From contig NC_068981.1 of the NCBI RefSeq assembly GCF_001194135.2, positions 108,786,198 through 108,846,487 of the forward strand: 60,290 nucleotides of DNA, written 5' to 3'. Shown piece after piece: positions 11,005-24,200 of the stretch (its first letter is position 1; each line of letters opens with the position of its first letter). The notes under the pieces are model-generated. The model did not search any database and had not been told where the DNA came from. It saw only the letters and a program-made list of their open reading frames with translations. This DNA is from Octopus bimaculoides (lineage: Eukaryota). The position numbers were made by a program, and so were the translations under genes.

Positions 11005-11954
11005 TGTATGTATGTATCTATCTATGTATGTATGTATTGTTTATGTTTGTATATTGCCAAAAATAAACATATGCTTTGCAGCTTTCAACAACAACAGCTT
11101 TGTATAATCTTATCTTTATTGCCGTTATTTTACATCAGTCATGTCAGATGTTGTTTGTAAGAGCAGATTTACAAAGAGTATTACACTTTACAGCCGTTCT
11201 ATTACTGACTTAGTTATCTGGAAATTAACACAGTTTTCTAAGCAGCCTACTATTTTTGTATAGAGAAGTATTCATTTAAAACAAACTGCATAAAATATGT
11301 GTCAGGTGTTTCAAATATACAAAGAGTGATTAAAGAATTAATCTTATATAAAAAGAAAATTAAACATCAACCTTTCGGGGTCGATAAAATAAGTACCAGT
11401 TAAGCATTGAGATCTACTGCATGGACTAGCCCACTCTCCTCACAACTGTTTTCATCAGAAACCATTGTTTAACATTGATTTATGATGCCTGAGTGAGGCA
11501 AATTCCGCGGAAAATCTCACAACTAAAAGTCTTGAACTTTTAGTTCTTTATTGCTTGAGGCTATTATAATTTCTACCCAGTTTGTTTTATTCGTTTTATA
11601 AAATCTGGATGCAAGGATTATTGAAGGTACATCAAAAAGACAATGTGTGATAAGAACAATGCTTTGTAAAGCAAGATGAATAGTTGAATGATTTGTCCGG
11701 ATTAGGTAACAAATTTATATTTCGATAAAGGACTGAGGACAAAGTTAGAGAAAAAATAATTATGGTTGTTTTGCGCCAAATCAACACTCATAGAAAAGAT
11801 TTATGATCAACGACTTCCTTTTTCTTTTCAAATAAAACCTTTTTCTTTTATAATATTTCTAACAGGTCGAACGGCTGCATATGTATTCCTCCGTTGACTG
11901 GAGGCAACAAATTCTGCCAGCTCGCCACCCTAACAACAAATAAAATATTAGTTT

Positions 11955-12139
11955 CAAGTTTTGAAGGAGGTAACTCGATTACATCGACTTCAGTATTCAA
12001 CTGCTACTTTATTGACCTCGAAGGATGAGAAGCAAAGTCGACTCGGCGGAATTTGAATTCAGAACGTAAAGACGGACGAAATGCCGTTAAGCATTTTTCC
12101 CGGCGTGCTTGCTAACGATTCTGCCAGTTCTCTGCCTTA
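11955..12139 (-). mobile_element. tRNA-derived SINE (family 2)
   Basis: Minus strand reads gtaaggcagagaactggcagaatcgttagc...gttctgaattcaaattccgccgagtcgac. Related pieces lie at 11371-11440, 24405-24590, 36990-37140 and 52550-52617. Confidence 0.8.
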
Positions 12140-13335
12140 CAACAAATAGAATTTAGAAAATAATAGGAGGAACTCTTCGCCGTTTACACTAAATCCACTG
12201 TCCTATTTAAAGGTAAATAGGAGAATGAAAATACATTAGTAAAACAAACGCTTACAACATGTACTTAAACATTCTTATCTAAATAACAAGATGAAACAGA
12301 GATGTAGGAGTAGGTATGCGAAATTATTGACACGAAGCCATATCACTTGAGAATGAAGTCTACATGAGTAATTAAAGTATATAGCCTTGGTTTCAGGGTA
12401 ACTTGTACGTTAGTAAATTGTACACAGTAAAGTCATACACCCACATCAAATGCTTAGCGATCATTGTTCATTGTTTTCTTGTTTTTCTTCCGGATGGGTG
12501 TTTAAAAATGATGGTGATTGGCTAATGTAATACCCAATCAATTGTTATAGTAAGGTCGTTTGTCATAGGTGAGGAACTATTCTCCCCTGGAACATTGATT
12601 AATAAAAATTCCAGTTAACTACTAACCCCACCTCGAGTAGAAAATGTCAGTTATGTAACCTTAAAAAAGGTGCGAGTGATATGCAGCTTCTCTGCTTGTT
12701 GGGTGGCTGCATAATTTGAAGCGAGAAATGATTACACCTTCAGGGTACGCAAAGACTTAATTCTAACATATTTGCTGTTAACCTTAGCATAGGACTGTGC
12801 CACAACTAACATGACAGAATATTTGTACGCATTCACATGCATAAACATCTTATATCTCGCCAGGCTTTCATATTTCTCCTCCTCCTCCTCCTCCTCCTCA
12901 TCATCATCATCACCATCATTACCAGTTTCGTTTATGCAGCAATCATTATCAGCAGCAGGGAGATTCCTTGTAACGAGAGTAGTGGTGATTGTAGTAGTAT
13001 TGTTGTTGACGGCAACTGAGGTGGAAATAGTTGTAGGTGGTTCTAGGAAACAGAAGTAGTAGTACCACTACTAGTAGTATCAATATCAGTAACAACAGGA
13101 TTTTTTTCTTTACTTATTTTTCTGCTCAGGGGATAACGTCTGAATCCAGGACTGTTAAAGATCTCTTCGATGAAAATAACAGTGATTTCAAAGATGGACT
13201 TTGAATTTCAAATTCTTTGGTTTTCAGCCAACTTTGCTCACTCTAATCAACATTTTCCCAACGATATTTCTATTTATTCACTTTAAACATCAAACGCACA
13301 GCAAGGCGTTCCATAGCGCTAAAACATCATATCTT

Positions 13336-13549
13336 TTTTTTTTTACTTGTTTCAGTCATTAGACTGCAGCTACGTTGGGGCACCACCTTCGAGAATTGTT
13401 TAGCCGAATGAATCCACCCCAGTACTTACTTATTTTAAGGCGGGTACTTATTTTCTCTGTCTCTTTTTCTGAGTAAGTAAGCTACGGGGACGTAAACATC
13501 ACCACCGGCTGTCAAGCGGTGGTGGGTATACAAACACAGACACAAAGAT

Positions 13550-13575
<26 letters not shown>
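13336..13575 (-). mobile_element. SINE family 1 3' module
   Basis: acttgtttcagtcatt...gcaccacc...acggggacgtaaaca..gtcaagcggtggtggg..acaaacacagacaca, homologous to 36420-36620, 40005-40180, 48430-48650 and 54735-54880. Confidence 0.8.
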
Positions 13576-13612
<37 letters not shown>

Positions 13613-13619
13613 TTTATAT

Positions 13620-13978
13620 GTATCGTGGCACTCCATCGGTTACGACGACGAGGGTTCCAGTTGATCCGATCAACAGAACAGCCTACTCGTGAAATTAAGT
13701 TGTAAGTGGCTGAGCGCTCCACAGATACGTGTATCATTAACGTAGCTCTCGGGGAGATTCAGGGTGACACAGTGTGTGACAAAGCTGGCCCTTTGAAATA
13801 CAGGTACAACAGAAACAGGAAGAGAGAGTGAGAGAAAGTTGTGGTGAAAGAATACAGCCGGGTTCGCCCCCCCTCCCATTGGAGCCACGTGGAGCTTTTA
13901 TAAACACTCACAACGCCCAGTCTGGGGATCGAAACCGCGATACCACTGCCCTAACCACTGGGCTATTGCGCCTCCACT
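13620..13978 (-). mobile_element. tRNA-derived SINE (family 3), near full length
   Basis: Head gtggaggcgcaatagcccagtggttagggcag..ggtttcgatcccc. A more complete head of the same family is at 42575-42645. The tail ends gtcgtcgtaaccgatggagtgcca. Confidence 0.75.
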
Positions 13979-14459
13979 TATATATATATATATATATATA
14001 TGCACACATATATGTACATACCTACATATATATGTATATATAATGCGTATATGGGTATAGGACATCAAAAAACGTGAACAAAATGAGAAACGTGAACATA
14101 AAAAACAAAAACGTAGAAAACGAACTTTTTTCGAACAACGAAAAAAAAACCCAGAGAAACGTGACATGCAACATAAAGAACATTCCCTCCATCAGTTGTC
14201 CTCTGTTTTATCTACTCACCGTTTGATTTCACTCTTTTGTTCTCACTGTCCTGTTTTTGTTACTACTTACACCCTCCGCAAAAATCCCAAATTTTATTTA
14301 ATTTGCTTTGTGGGAAGGACTGTTTTAACGAAGACGCGTCTTATCCTTACCTTCGAAACGCGGAGTATATATATATGCGTATATTTATATATCATTTATA
14401 TTATTATATGATCGAACGCCACGCATCCTTTTCCAAGTAAGTTTTTTTATCTATGTATA

Positions 14460-14610
14460 TATATATACGACGGACTTCCTTCAATTTCTGTCGACCAAAT
14501 CCATTCACAAGGCTTTGTTCGGCCCGAGGCTATAGTAGGAGACATTGAACCCGGAACCATGTGGTTGGAAAGCAAGCTTCTTACACCACACCCGTACCTG
14601 CGCCTATATA
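14460..14610 (-). mobile_element. SINE family 1 head, internally deleted
   Basis: Reverse complement of the 9107-9272 and 36213 head. Confidence 0.8.
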
Positions 14611-14944
14611 TAGTTAGAAATTTAAAACAAAAACAATAAAAACTGATATCTAATTGTTTACGTCCTGCAGAAAACGCTGTATACAAACTATTTTGTTGCC
14701 TTTCTGAGTGTGATAAAGAAAGTATAAACAACATTACTAAATAACTCTGGGGTTGATCCGCCTGTATTGATAACAGCATACCCTGTCCTAACCAGTTTTG
14801 CTCCTGTATTTTTTTTTTTTTTTTGTATATACAAAATAGTGATTTTTCTCTTCTCTGTCTAAGAGAATTGCTGGTAACAACCAGCAGATGTTGATTTCTG
14901 GTCGACTATTTAATATTCTTACTTTTGAACACCCTTCGGCCAAG

Positions 14945-15457
14945 GTAAATGGGGTGACAAAATCCCAGAAGAAGTTACTCAGAATGAGGACTGCAAAATC
15001 TTGTGGGAGGCAATGATTCGGCGTGGCCATCAGATCGGAAATCTGACATTGTTGTGGTGGATAAAAAACAAAAGACATACCTGATAATCAACATAGCATG
15101 TCCTTGTGACAACAGGATCGAAGAGAAAGAAAAAAATAAAAGTGAACAACTGAAGCGGAAAATACACAGGCTGTGGGCAATGAAGAAAGTGAACGTGATA
15201 CTAATAGTGATTGGCAAGCTTGGAAGTATGATTAGTACTCAACTACCAACGTGGTTCAAAAAAAGATTGGTACAATCTACAAAAATATGACACCTACAAA
15301 AATAATTACTGTTTGGAATTGCAAGAGTTCTCTGCATGGTGCTTGGAGCATGATCAGTAAACAAGTATCCTCTTAGTTTGTTGACTGTTGGCAGTTATCA
15401 CTTACTACCATTGCCGGCAAAATAAGCTGAGAGTTTTCATGAAGTAATAATAATAAT
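14945..15457 (+). mobile_element. R4/Dong-type LINE 3' fragment with (TAA)n tail
   Basis: KW..KIPEEVTQNEDCKILW / KSDIVVVDK..IINIACPCD.RIEEKE..LKRKIHRLW.MKKV.VI.IVIG.LG, ending in taataataataata at ~15444-15457. Confidence 0.8.
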
Positions 15458-16340
15458 ACAAAATTATCTAACTCAGAACCAAGGAAAACTGGTACAAATA
15501 GCCACAAAGCATGAACAAAACAAAAAAAAACTGTTTTTTGTCATCAAGGAAGCCGTGAAATAGAAGAAAGAGGTCATAGTCTCTGAGAATTATGAAAAAA
15601 GATAGCGAAATACAAAAGCTGTAAAGCAACTGAAATCTAAACTTAACTGAAACAAGAAAATGCCAGGATAAAACGATGGCAAAAAAAGTCCTTGCATGGC
15701 AAATATTGGGATAACCTAAATATAAAAGAAATAGATAAAGTGAAATTCCAACAATAGTTCAGGATTCAAAGCAGAGATTGAGGATCTTTTATTGTGGCAC
15801 AAGATCAAAGTCTCTCCAAAAACACATAATTGAGAAAAATACAATACATAACTGCAGAATATGAGGTGATGGGGAAGAAACAATAAATGATATTCTCTGT
15901 GACTTCCCAGTCCTGATTAAGAAAGAATATATCAACAGACACGACAGAGTTGAGACATATAGACACTGGAAGCTATGTCAGCACTATGGAATGACAAGAG
16001 AAAAAGCTGGTATAGGAATATCCCAGAAAATGACAAAGCAACCATACTCCGAGATAAAGAGATCAAGGCTAATAGACCGGATATAGTTGTTAGAGACCGT
16101 TAAAAATGCCTTCTAATAGATGTATCAATCACAACAGATCACAACGTATCTCTTAAAGAAACAGAGTAACTCTCGAACTACAAAGATCTGGAAATAGAGA
16201 TAACCCGAACGAGGAGCCTAAAAACAGAAACAATACCTCTAATAATGGGTGCATTAGGTATGGTTAAAAAACATTCAGACAAATGCATAATCAAAACACC
16301 AGGGCTTACGAATATATGTATCATACAGAAAATTGTAGTT
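15458..16340 (+). mobile_element. Second R4/Dong-type LINE fragment, beginning in the (TAA)n tail of the first
   Basis: Decayed frames: LHGKY, IVAQDQSL, CRI*GDGEETIN, RHDRV, ANRPDIVV, LIDVS, YKDLEIEI, MGALG, IQKIV. Confidence 0.8.
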
Positions 16341-17081
16341 TATGTTTTCAGAGGTACACTTAATCATATGCGCTTCATTTCATATAGTCACACTCTGAAA
16401 ATGTTACATATGATAGATTAGCGTCCGGTACAAGGGAGTATCATTTCTCATCTACTTAACACCTTATGCTAAACAGGGGCTCTATAACACTTCCGCATTA
16501 GAAAACAACTCTGACCATATAAAAGGGCTAGTTCTACTGGTATGGTTGTTGTAGCTACATACCTACACTTCAACTCTGGCTGGGTAAAGCTACGATAAAT
16601 AATGCTCCAGTCATGTCAATCACGTCCTTTTCTCGAGCATTGGATATCAACGATTGCATTATGCAATGTGTCTTTTTGAGAAGAGAAAATGTAATCTGAG
16701 CGAGATTTTCCTACACTTTCTAGCAAATCGAATGTCCATGTACAGATTCTCAAATCAGTTCTAATCAAGCATCAAGCAGTTCGATGGTCGCAGTTAATCC
16801 ACAATACGACGAAGTGAATCTATTTTTAGATATTAGAGTAATTTTCAGGTAGATTTGTCTACTGTTATTTAGAGGTGAGTGACCACATAAAGTCTTCCGT
16901 GTGGCTGCTAAGTTTATTCATATGGTGTATGACATTTAGAATTGAGCGTCTTTGATAATGTCATAGATGATATCTTTAAACATTAGTTATTCTCTCGACT
17001 AAGCTAGTTGTGACCTACTAACCTCTTATCTGAAAGTTTTGTTAACACGGCAATGAATGTGTGCATTATGTCCCTCATATA

Positions 17082-17395
17082 CACTGGTGTGCAAAAGTCT
17101 CAGGCAGTTTCATTTTTTTCTTTGGAATTTGATAATAATTGGAACTTAATGCTGAAATGTTCATTTTTTATGATATGGTACTAATTTTGTAATATATTAT
17201 TGCAACATACGTTAAAAATTCACAGAATTTCCGAAAAAAACGTTGATTTCCAGTATTTGCCAAAGTTGATTAAACCATGAACCAATTAAAAAATTGTTTC
17301 ATTTCATTAAAATTACTTAAATGATATAATAAAACATCATGAAAACGTTTTAACATCAGCTTTAAATATCTTTATGCCAAAACAGTTATCGATAT
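17082..17395 (+). mobile_element. Tc1-like transposon left end (TIR and subterminal region)
   Basis: TA followed by CACTGGTGTGCAAAAGT, typical of Tc1-family termini. No partner TIR was found. Confidence 0.45.
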
Positions 17396-20080
17396 TTCCA
17401 CAGAAAGCGGAGAGTAAGCGCACCAGCTTGGTCAAACAGCAAACAGGGCAAGGGGCGACAGTCAAACAGTAATAGATTACGGATGCGATCTACGCATTCG
17501 CCACCTCCGCTCGACCTTTCAGGGACAGCTTCCTCTCGGCCCCTTTCTGGGTGAGATTGGCTACCTTGCTCGTCACGTCGTCCCAGTTTTTCTCCACCTG
17601 GAAGTCTGGTCCAAACCAGACTCCGAGCAACTTAACGGGACCGTCTGTCCAGCGCCCCACCACGCTGCTCGACAGCATGGGCTTGCCTCTCCAGGTGCCG
17701 AGCTGCAAACCCTCTGACTTTTCCGCGTTAATTTTTGCTCCTGTCACCGTTTCATATTCTTGTAGTGCTTCGCCAATCAGGTCTATATGCCTGTAGTTCG
17801 ACACTATGACGGTGACATCTTCAGCGTAAGCAGACACACTTCTCCCACATCTTAGATCACGCGGGACACCCCTCAAAGCCTTCACCTTCTGCAGTAATGG
17901 CTGAAGAGTCAGTACATAGAGAAGGGGGAGAGAGGGCATTCTTGACGGACCGAACGCAAGATGCTGAATCGCTCCGACATGTGACCATTCATCCGAATAA
18001 CCGAGCAGATGCCGTTGTACAAAGCAGCGATCCAACCACGGAAAACTGGACCGAAACCGGCTGCTCTGAGGACAGCGCATGTTTGCGCCTCGCCAACCAG
18101 CTTGTCCACGACAAGCGCTAACATCTTGGCTAACAGAGTGATGGGCCTGAAATTCTAGCAGAGTGATGGGCCTGAAATTCTCTATAACGTCCCCTTTGTT
18201 TGGGTCCTTTCTCAGCAGTGCAATAGCCCCTCGACAGACAAAAGTGGGAATTCTGCCATTCTGCTTCTAGTTGTAGTAGACGTTTTCTAAGAGGCCCGCA
18301 AACAAGTCTGGCATCGAAGTATTAAGCTCGTAGGGCAGACCATCCAAACCTGGCGATCTACCTCTCGTGCAACTCTTCGTCGTTTCCTGTATCTCCGCGG
18401 CTGTTATCGGCTTTTCGCAGCACTCCGCTCCGCTCGACGAGAGTCGTGGCAGGGCGTCCAGGTAAAAACCGCCGCCAACACGTCAGTTGCGATGCCTGTC
18501 CTAAGCGCCTCATCTAACTTTCTAACTAAATCTCCCTCTATTCTATTTCTCTCTAAGGCTAATGCCTTGCTAAGCCTAATGGAGCCTACTCTCATTGCTA
18601 ATTCGCTAATCCGGTCTCTGTAAGCTTGACTTCGCCAGTAACGACGTGTTCAGCTTCCAGTAACTGGGACTCTGTCTATGAAGCCTATCTAAGTCGACCG
18701 TACAGATCATAAATTTGTGGTCTGTGTAACCGACCATGTGAAACTGTGGACACCTTATGCTGTCCTCGTCCGCTGGCCTACAAAATAAATACCCTATCTA
18801 GATACGATCTAGATGACCCGATGCGGTTTGTCCAAGTCCACATTGGCACATTCAGATAATCTAGTCGGTACTTGTCAAACAATTGAAAATGTGTGAGCAG
18901 GCTTTTGAGGCTTTTGCACCCCACCCTCTCCTATCAGATACTCCAACGCAATAGAAAAGTTAATCTAAAACAGCGTTCCTATCGCCTACTAATACTAAAG
19001 TCCGAGACGTTCCCAGGAAAACCTCCAGGTACTTGAAGTAACCAGACCTCTCTGCCCATTTCGGAGCATAGGCAGCCACCAATCTGAAAGCACTGGCGTC
19101 ACTGCTGTTCACACCTAGGACCACCAACCTACCTTCTGGATCCCGAAAGACTGCCTTTATTTTCAAATCCAGACCCTTCTGAAAAAGCACTACAGTACCA
19201 CCACCGGCCGACATGGAGATAGAAAAATCTTGTTTCCAGCGAAAAAAGCGATGAGGTCCCGTGGGTCGGATAATATGGATTCATTAATGGCTGCAACATC
19301 TACACTAAAGGACCTCAGGCCATTTAAAAGGTGACCTTGTTTCCAATGCGACCCGAGGCCCCTCTCATTTACATAACCTATTTTGAGCCTCACCAATGTA
19401 AAATAAATTTAAATGGAGAAGAGCTCTATTTACCATTGTTGTCTGGCAGAGGTGACCTCTGGTTTTTGTTGTGGGCGTTTTTACGAGGTTTTTGTACAGC
19501 CTTTTCGAAAATGTTTTTTTTTTTAAATGACCCAACAGCATTTGGAAAGTTAACTTTTAATGTGTTGTAAGTGTCGAGCTTTAGTTTTAAAATTTATATG
19601 TGTGGTGGTGGTGGTACATTGTGTGTTGGAAAGTCTTCCACTGTGGGATCTTTTTTTCTGATGTATTCAACAAGGTGTGTGTTGTCAGTGTCGATGGCTG
19701 TGAGGTTGATGGTGTTTGTGCAGTCTGTGCTGTGTACTGTATCGCTGTTTGTGGTGGTAGTGCTGGTGTTGTTATTGGTTGCTGTGTGTGTGTGTTGCTG
19801 ATATTGTGAATTTGCTGTTTGCGCCTCCCCCTCTTTTCTTCTACTGTCTTTTTTCGTTTTTTAGGGGGAACTGCTTGCCATTCCCCCTTCTCGACCTCGA
19901 TCCTCGAACAGTCCGAGTTGTTTGGGTCGGGAAGGGGGATATTATCTGGCTGTTCGTTTTGCTGGGATTCATTTGTTGCTGCTGCTGGTGTTGGTGGTAC
20001 TCCGACTGGTGTTGGTGGTGGTACTCTGACTGGTGGTGGTGGTGGTGGTGGTAATCCGACTGTTTTTTTAAATTAAAAAA
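17396..20080 (-). mobile_element. Tx1/L1-clade LINE (ORF1 tail, APE endonuclease, RT), decayed and truncated at both ends
   Basis: APE: KIGYVN.RGL, DPEGRLVVL, LVAAYAP, LVGD.NAVLD. RT: NFRPIT, ECPLSP, AYAEDVTV, KLLGVWFG. Low-complexity Pro/Thr-rich ORF1 tail at 19400-20080. Confidence 0.9.
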
Positions 20081-22590
20081 AACTTTAAGCCTTACAATTT
20101 TTTCTATCAGTAAAGCACTCTAACCGCGGCCACCTTGTCTTTTTAAACGTAGCATACCCAAAATTACTGCAGTCAACTAGTTTCTTATTGAAATGATATA
20201 ATGGGATCTGAGCGAGATTTAGCTGCAATTTCTAGCTCCCACATTGGCGGGTTTGAAGGTATTATTATTATTGTTGTTATGTATATCTATAATATAATTA
20301 AGGGAGATAACTTACAATGTTTTCTGAATGGGCGAGATAAACGTTTGTCAACGACCTTTTGGCAGAATTGAAATGACGTAGGTATGTATATATATATACA
20401 TACAGGAAGTGAGCATGAGACGAGACAGGTAATCTCGTTGACTTCCTGTTAAAAAGGGGAGTTGAGAATACAGGAGGACTTGGTGTGGATGGTACAAAAT
20501 ACGAGAGGGAGCTGCATACGGATCGGACCGCTCACCACCTACCTTTGAACAATCGAGGACTGGACATGAGATTCTTTGGATATTATACTTGTTGTTACAT
20601 AATTTCAATCTTTGAATATTAATTCCCTGTTTGAACAATTTCTGTTGTTGCGATCAGAAGTTTACCCCTTTTATACATAAGTATTTGCCTGATCGTAACA
20701 TTATTTATTGATATTTTCGTTTAAAAATTTATTTTCTTTTGTATTGAATCGCTTCTGATATTCTAATGCTCCATTTGTTTAATGAAACATGGCCTCACAG
20801 TAGCGACCCTGCTTCTTACCCTGGCTTGACAGAACAAATATTTCATTTTAAAATAAATACTATGATTTATCCAAGAGAAAAAGTTCAAACATCCTCTTGT
20901 GAAGAAATGTAACAACTGGGTTGATTGGTGAGAACTCTAATGTTATTGCTGATATCAGCTCTCGAGATACTTTTAGTTCTGCATTGGTTGTATGTAGAAT
21001 TGTATATCACGCAAAAGAGGAAGAATTCATTTAGTTTGATATGGCACACACCTACCCAGTACCAACCTCTTTCTCGTTTTCCTTTTCTGTGTTTCCTTAT
21101 TTACTTCTTGCCATTGTTTTCCTGCTTTCCATTTTGACCTTTACTTCATTATTTTTCTATCTCACTCAACTTTCACTTTCATACTCTGTTCGTGTCTCCC
21201 TCCCCTCCTTCTTTTCTTCAATCATTACTTCCTTTTTTGAGTATGTACTTTTGACTGCTTGCAATAATTTTCTTTTGTAGTTGAATCGTATTTCAATTTC
21301 TTGTTCCAAGATTTTACCGGTATACGCCCACCCATGCATGTCGACATATACATTTATGTGGCGCGCGCGCGTGTGTGTATGAGTGTAAAATTGCATAAGC
21401 GAGACCCTTGCTGAAACATAAAGCTAACGAAGAAGAGTCTTGTAAAGTCATTACTCCCGATGGATTATGATGGATTAAACTGGATTAGGCGAAACGGTGA
21501 ATGTCTTTATTCTTTAATAACTCTCTTGGACGCGGTTATTGTACAAATATATAGCTAAAATAATCTTCATGTAATTTCTTATTTAAAAACACCGACAATA
21601 TTAAAAAGACGATTCCATCAGATAATTTATTCTTCTTTGTGTCCAAAATAGGTAATCATTCAACTGTCGAAACATTAACGAATACATGCTTTGATTTTCA
21701 TTTAAAACACATATTTATTATTAGAATGGAGATGATGAAGATAATGGCATTTATATTAAAATGTGTTATGTGCAACAGAAGTAGTCTTAGAGTTAAGAAG
21801 TAGTCTGTGTATCATACTAAACGCATATACAATACGAAAAGTAAAATTTATTACGGTAGGTATCGGTCATGCGCTGTGTTAAATAGCACAAATAAATCAG
21901 TAGTTGACGAAATTCCTCCAGCTGCGGTGTGAGAATGCCAGATGTACATTTCTGCCTTTTGGAGTTTTCTTAGTAACAACTACTAACTAGCATCCACATG
22001 CTAAAATAAAATCTGTCGTCACAGATACATAAAAAAATCAGTGATTACGTCCATAACAGATCAGGACAAATACCGCAGTTAATTTGGCCTTACGTCTTGT
22101 ATTTTCATTAACTGTGGTACACAGAAGGCTATTTTAATTAAATTCACGTTATAAGGTGATATGTGTGGGTGTTTGCGTGGGTGTTATGAGCAAGCATAAC
22201 ATCGTGAGTCAAAAGAATGACCTAGCTATTCATTCCTAACACGTTCTGTCAGATTTGAGCGTAAATATGGTATTCGCTGTTATATTTCGCCAACAGAGAA
22301 CAGCACCTCCCTTTACACGATGCCTGTTGACAACACACACGAAATAATAATTTTATATTGGCAGACATTTAGCTCTAACAGCAAACAATTTGATGAATTC
22401 TATAAACATGAACAATTACTCTTGTTCAGATTCAGAGAACCTTTAGCAGTGTCTCGGAATCCATTATATTACCGAGTTGTTTTTGTTGTAAGCATACACA
22501 TACACTGTTGAAAGGGAGAAGTTATTTTGCTGTTCTCGGAGAATGAAATACACTACCGAAATGTGTTCAGAATGAATACATGCATCATTT

Positions 22591-22645
<55 letters not shown>

Positions 22646-22795
22646 CTATGTATACATATCAATATATATGCGTGTATATANNNNNNNNNNATATAATAAG
22701 AATACACAGATTTATATTTAAGAGATGAGGAATTATGTACATTATTTACATTATTTACATTTGACGGATATTTGTTCTCATCTTGTTTGTTGCTT

Positions 22796-22840
22796 GCACA
22801 ACGTTTCGGCTGATATACCCTCCAGCCTTCATCAGATGTC
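22796..22840 (-). ncRNA. Minimal type-I hammerhead ribozyme, intact core, weak helix I
   Basis: GACAT-CTGATGA-A-GGCTG gagggtatat CAGCC-GAAA-C-GTT-GTG. Confidence 0.75.
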
Positions 22841-22889
22841 TTGGGGAAATTTCGAACCTGGGTTCTCATTCCTATGGTATTTTTCGATG

Positions 22890-22970
<81 letters not shown>

Positions 22971-23126
22971 TCACTGCTTGGAATCGAACTCGGAATCTTG
23001 AGGTTAGTAGCCCGCACACTTAACCCCAAGAATCCGAGTTCGATTCCAAGCAGTGACCTGAATAATAGTAATAATAACATCGAAAAATACCTTAGGAATG
23101 AGAACACAGGTCCGAAATTTCCCCAA

Positions 23127-23172
23127 GACACCTGAAGAAGGTTGGAGGATATATTAGCCCAAACGTTGTGTT
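23127..23172 (+). ncRNA. Degenerate hammerhead (G12 mutated: CAAA)
   Basis: GACAC-CTGAAGA-A-GGTTG gaggatatat TAGCC-CAAA-C-GTT-GTGTT. Confidence 0.65.
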
Positions 23173-23639
23173 AACAAACAAGATGAGGGCAAATATCCGT
23201 CATAATATCCGTAAATAAGAATGTAAACAAATTCTTTCTATATTATTGACATGTGAAAAATTAGAAAGGGGGGAAATTCTGAGAGACCATTTTAGGGGCT
23301 TTTGACTGCTCCTCATAGAAGATGTACCCCGAAGGTGTGAAACGGTCCGTCCCGAAACTCTGACTCTCGTTTTTCTGTATATCGAATGCGTAGATGAAAT
23401 ATATTTACAATTTCATATTTCCTTAGTACAGCTAAGACTTTTTAATATAGATACATGTTTAAATATATATCTAATATACACACAACACAACAGAACTGAA
23501 ATAAATTCAAATATTGAAAAGGCCTCCTGTTCATGTAAGAAAAATATAAACAAGTTATTTCTATGATATTGATGATCATAAAGGAGGGATAGAATCTCCC
23601 GACGCACAGTCTCTCGGTTTGTTGACCGCTCCTCAGAGT

Positions 23640-24200
23640 GATCAACAAATTTCGTTTACATTTTTATGACATCCACAGTAAGGCTTTTCATTATTCAAAT
23701 TTAAGTTTTTCTTGATTGTTGCTTACAACTAAGTTCATCAAACAACATTCTAGAACATGAAGTAATCTGTTGCTGCTACACAAAGAAAATAGCCTCAATG
23801 CAACAGTGAAGCTTGTAGGAGAGGTTGTAAGGGCTAAAATTTCGCTCCCAAGAGAGAAGTCGGGAAAGACACACAATGATTTATATATAGAAAATCCTTG
23901 AAGAGTTAGCACCAAAATTCGGCATTGAGAGTAATATCAATCACCGAACCGGTCACTTCTGCAAAGCCCCAAATTTTCCATCGAAAGACAGGACCAAATA
24001 CTGCCACAGTTTGGTGTTCAAAGGTTCATAGCTCTTTAATGTCTTACAATGAAGTTGAGAAATCTATCTGCTGTGAATATAAATGAATTCAAGAAACACC
24101 CGAAAAGTGTACAATCTGAGATTCCAGATGAATCAGTATCAAAGCAAAACTCAACTCAGGGCAGCAGCTAATCACCAAAATCTAATTACAGAACGAAGGC
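23640..24200 (+). mobile_element. CR1/L2-like LINE 3' end, heavily decayed
   Basis: FKGS*LFNVL / LRNLSAVNINEFKK / IPDE / RAAAN, matching the GP.LFN.LP..LRN...FK..LD..L..IPD..RAA.N ending of CR1-type ORF2. Confidence 0.55.

Larger units (their letters stand above)
22738..23230. mobile_element. Fold-back (palindromic) pair of Penelope family A terminal repeats
   Basis: 22762-23015 is the reverse complement of ~23023-23202. The left arm carries ~24 TTA units and the right arm ~5. Confidence 0.9.

Noticed and set aside
10827-11020. Near-exact ~90 bp tandem duplication either side of a 10-N gap
   Set aside because: Typical unmerged contig overlap, so an assembly artefact is the likely cause.
10235-17410. 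Two Tx1 copies seemingly ending at the same TTTCTGTG (F.FL) motif
   Set aside because: The 9.4 kb copy continues beyond it (CQQPLGGGL), so there is no shared breakpoint.
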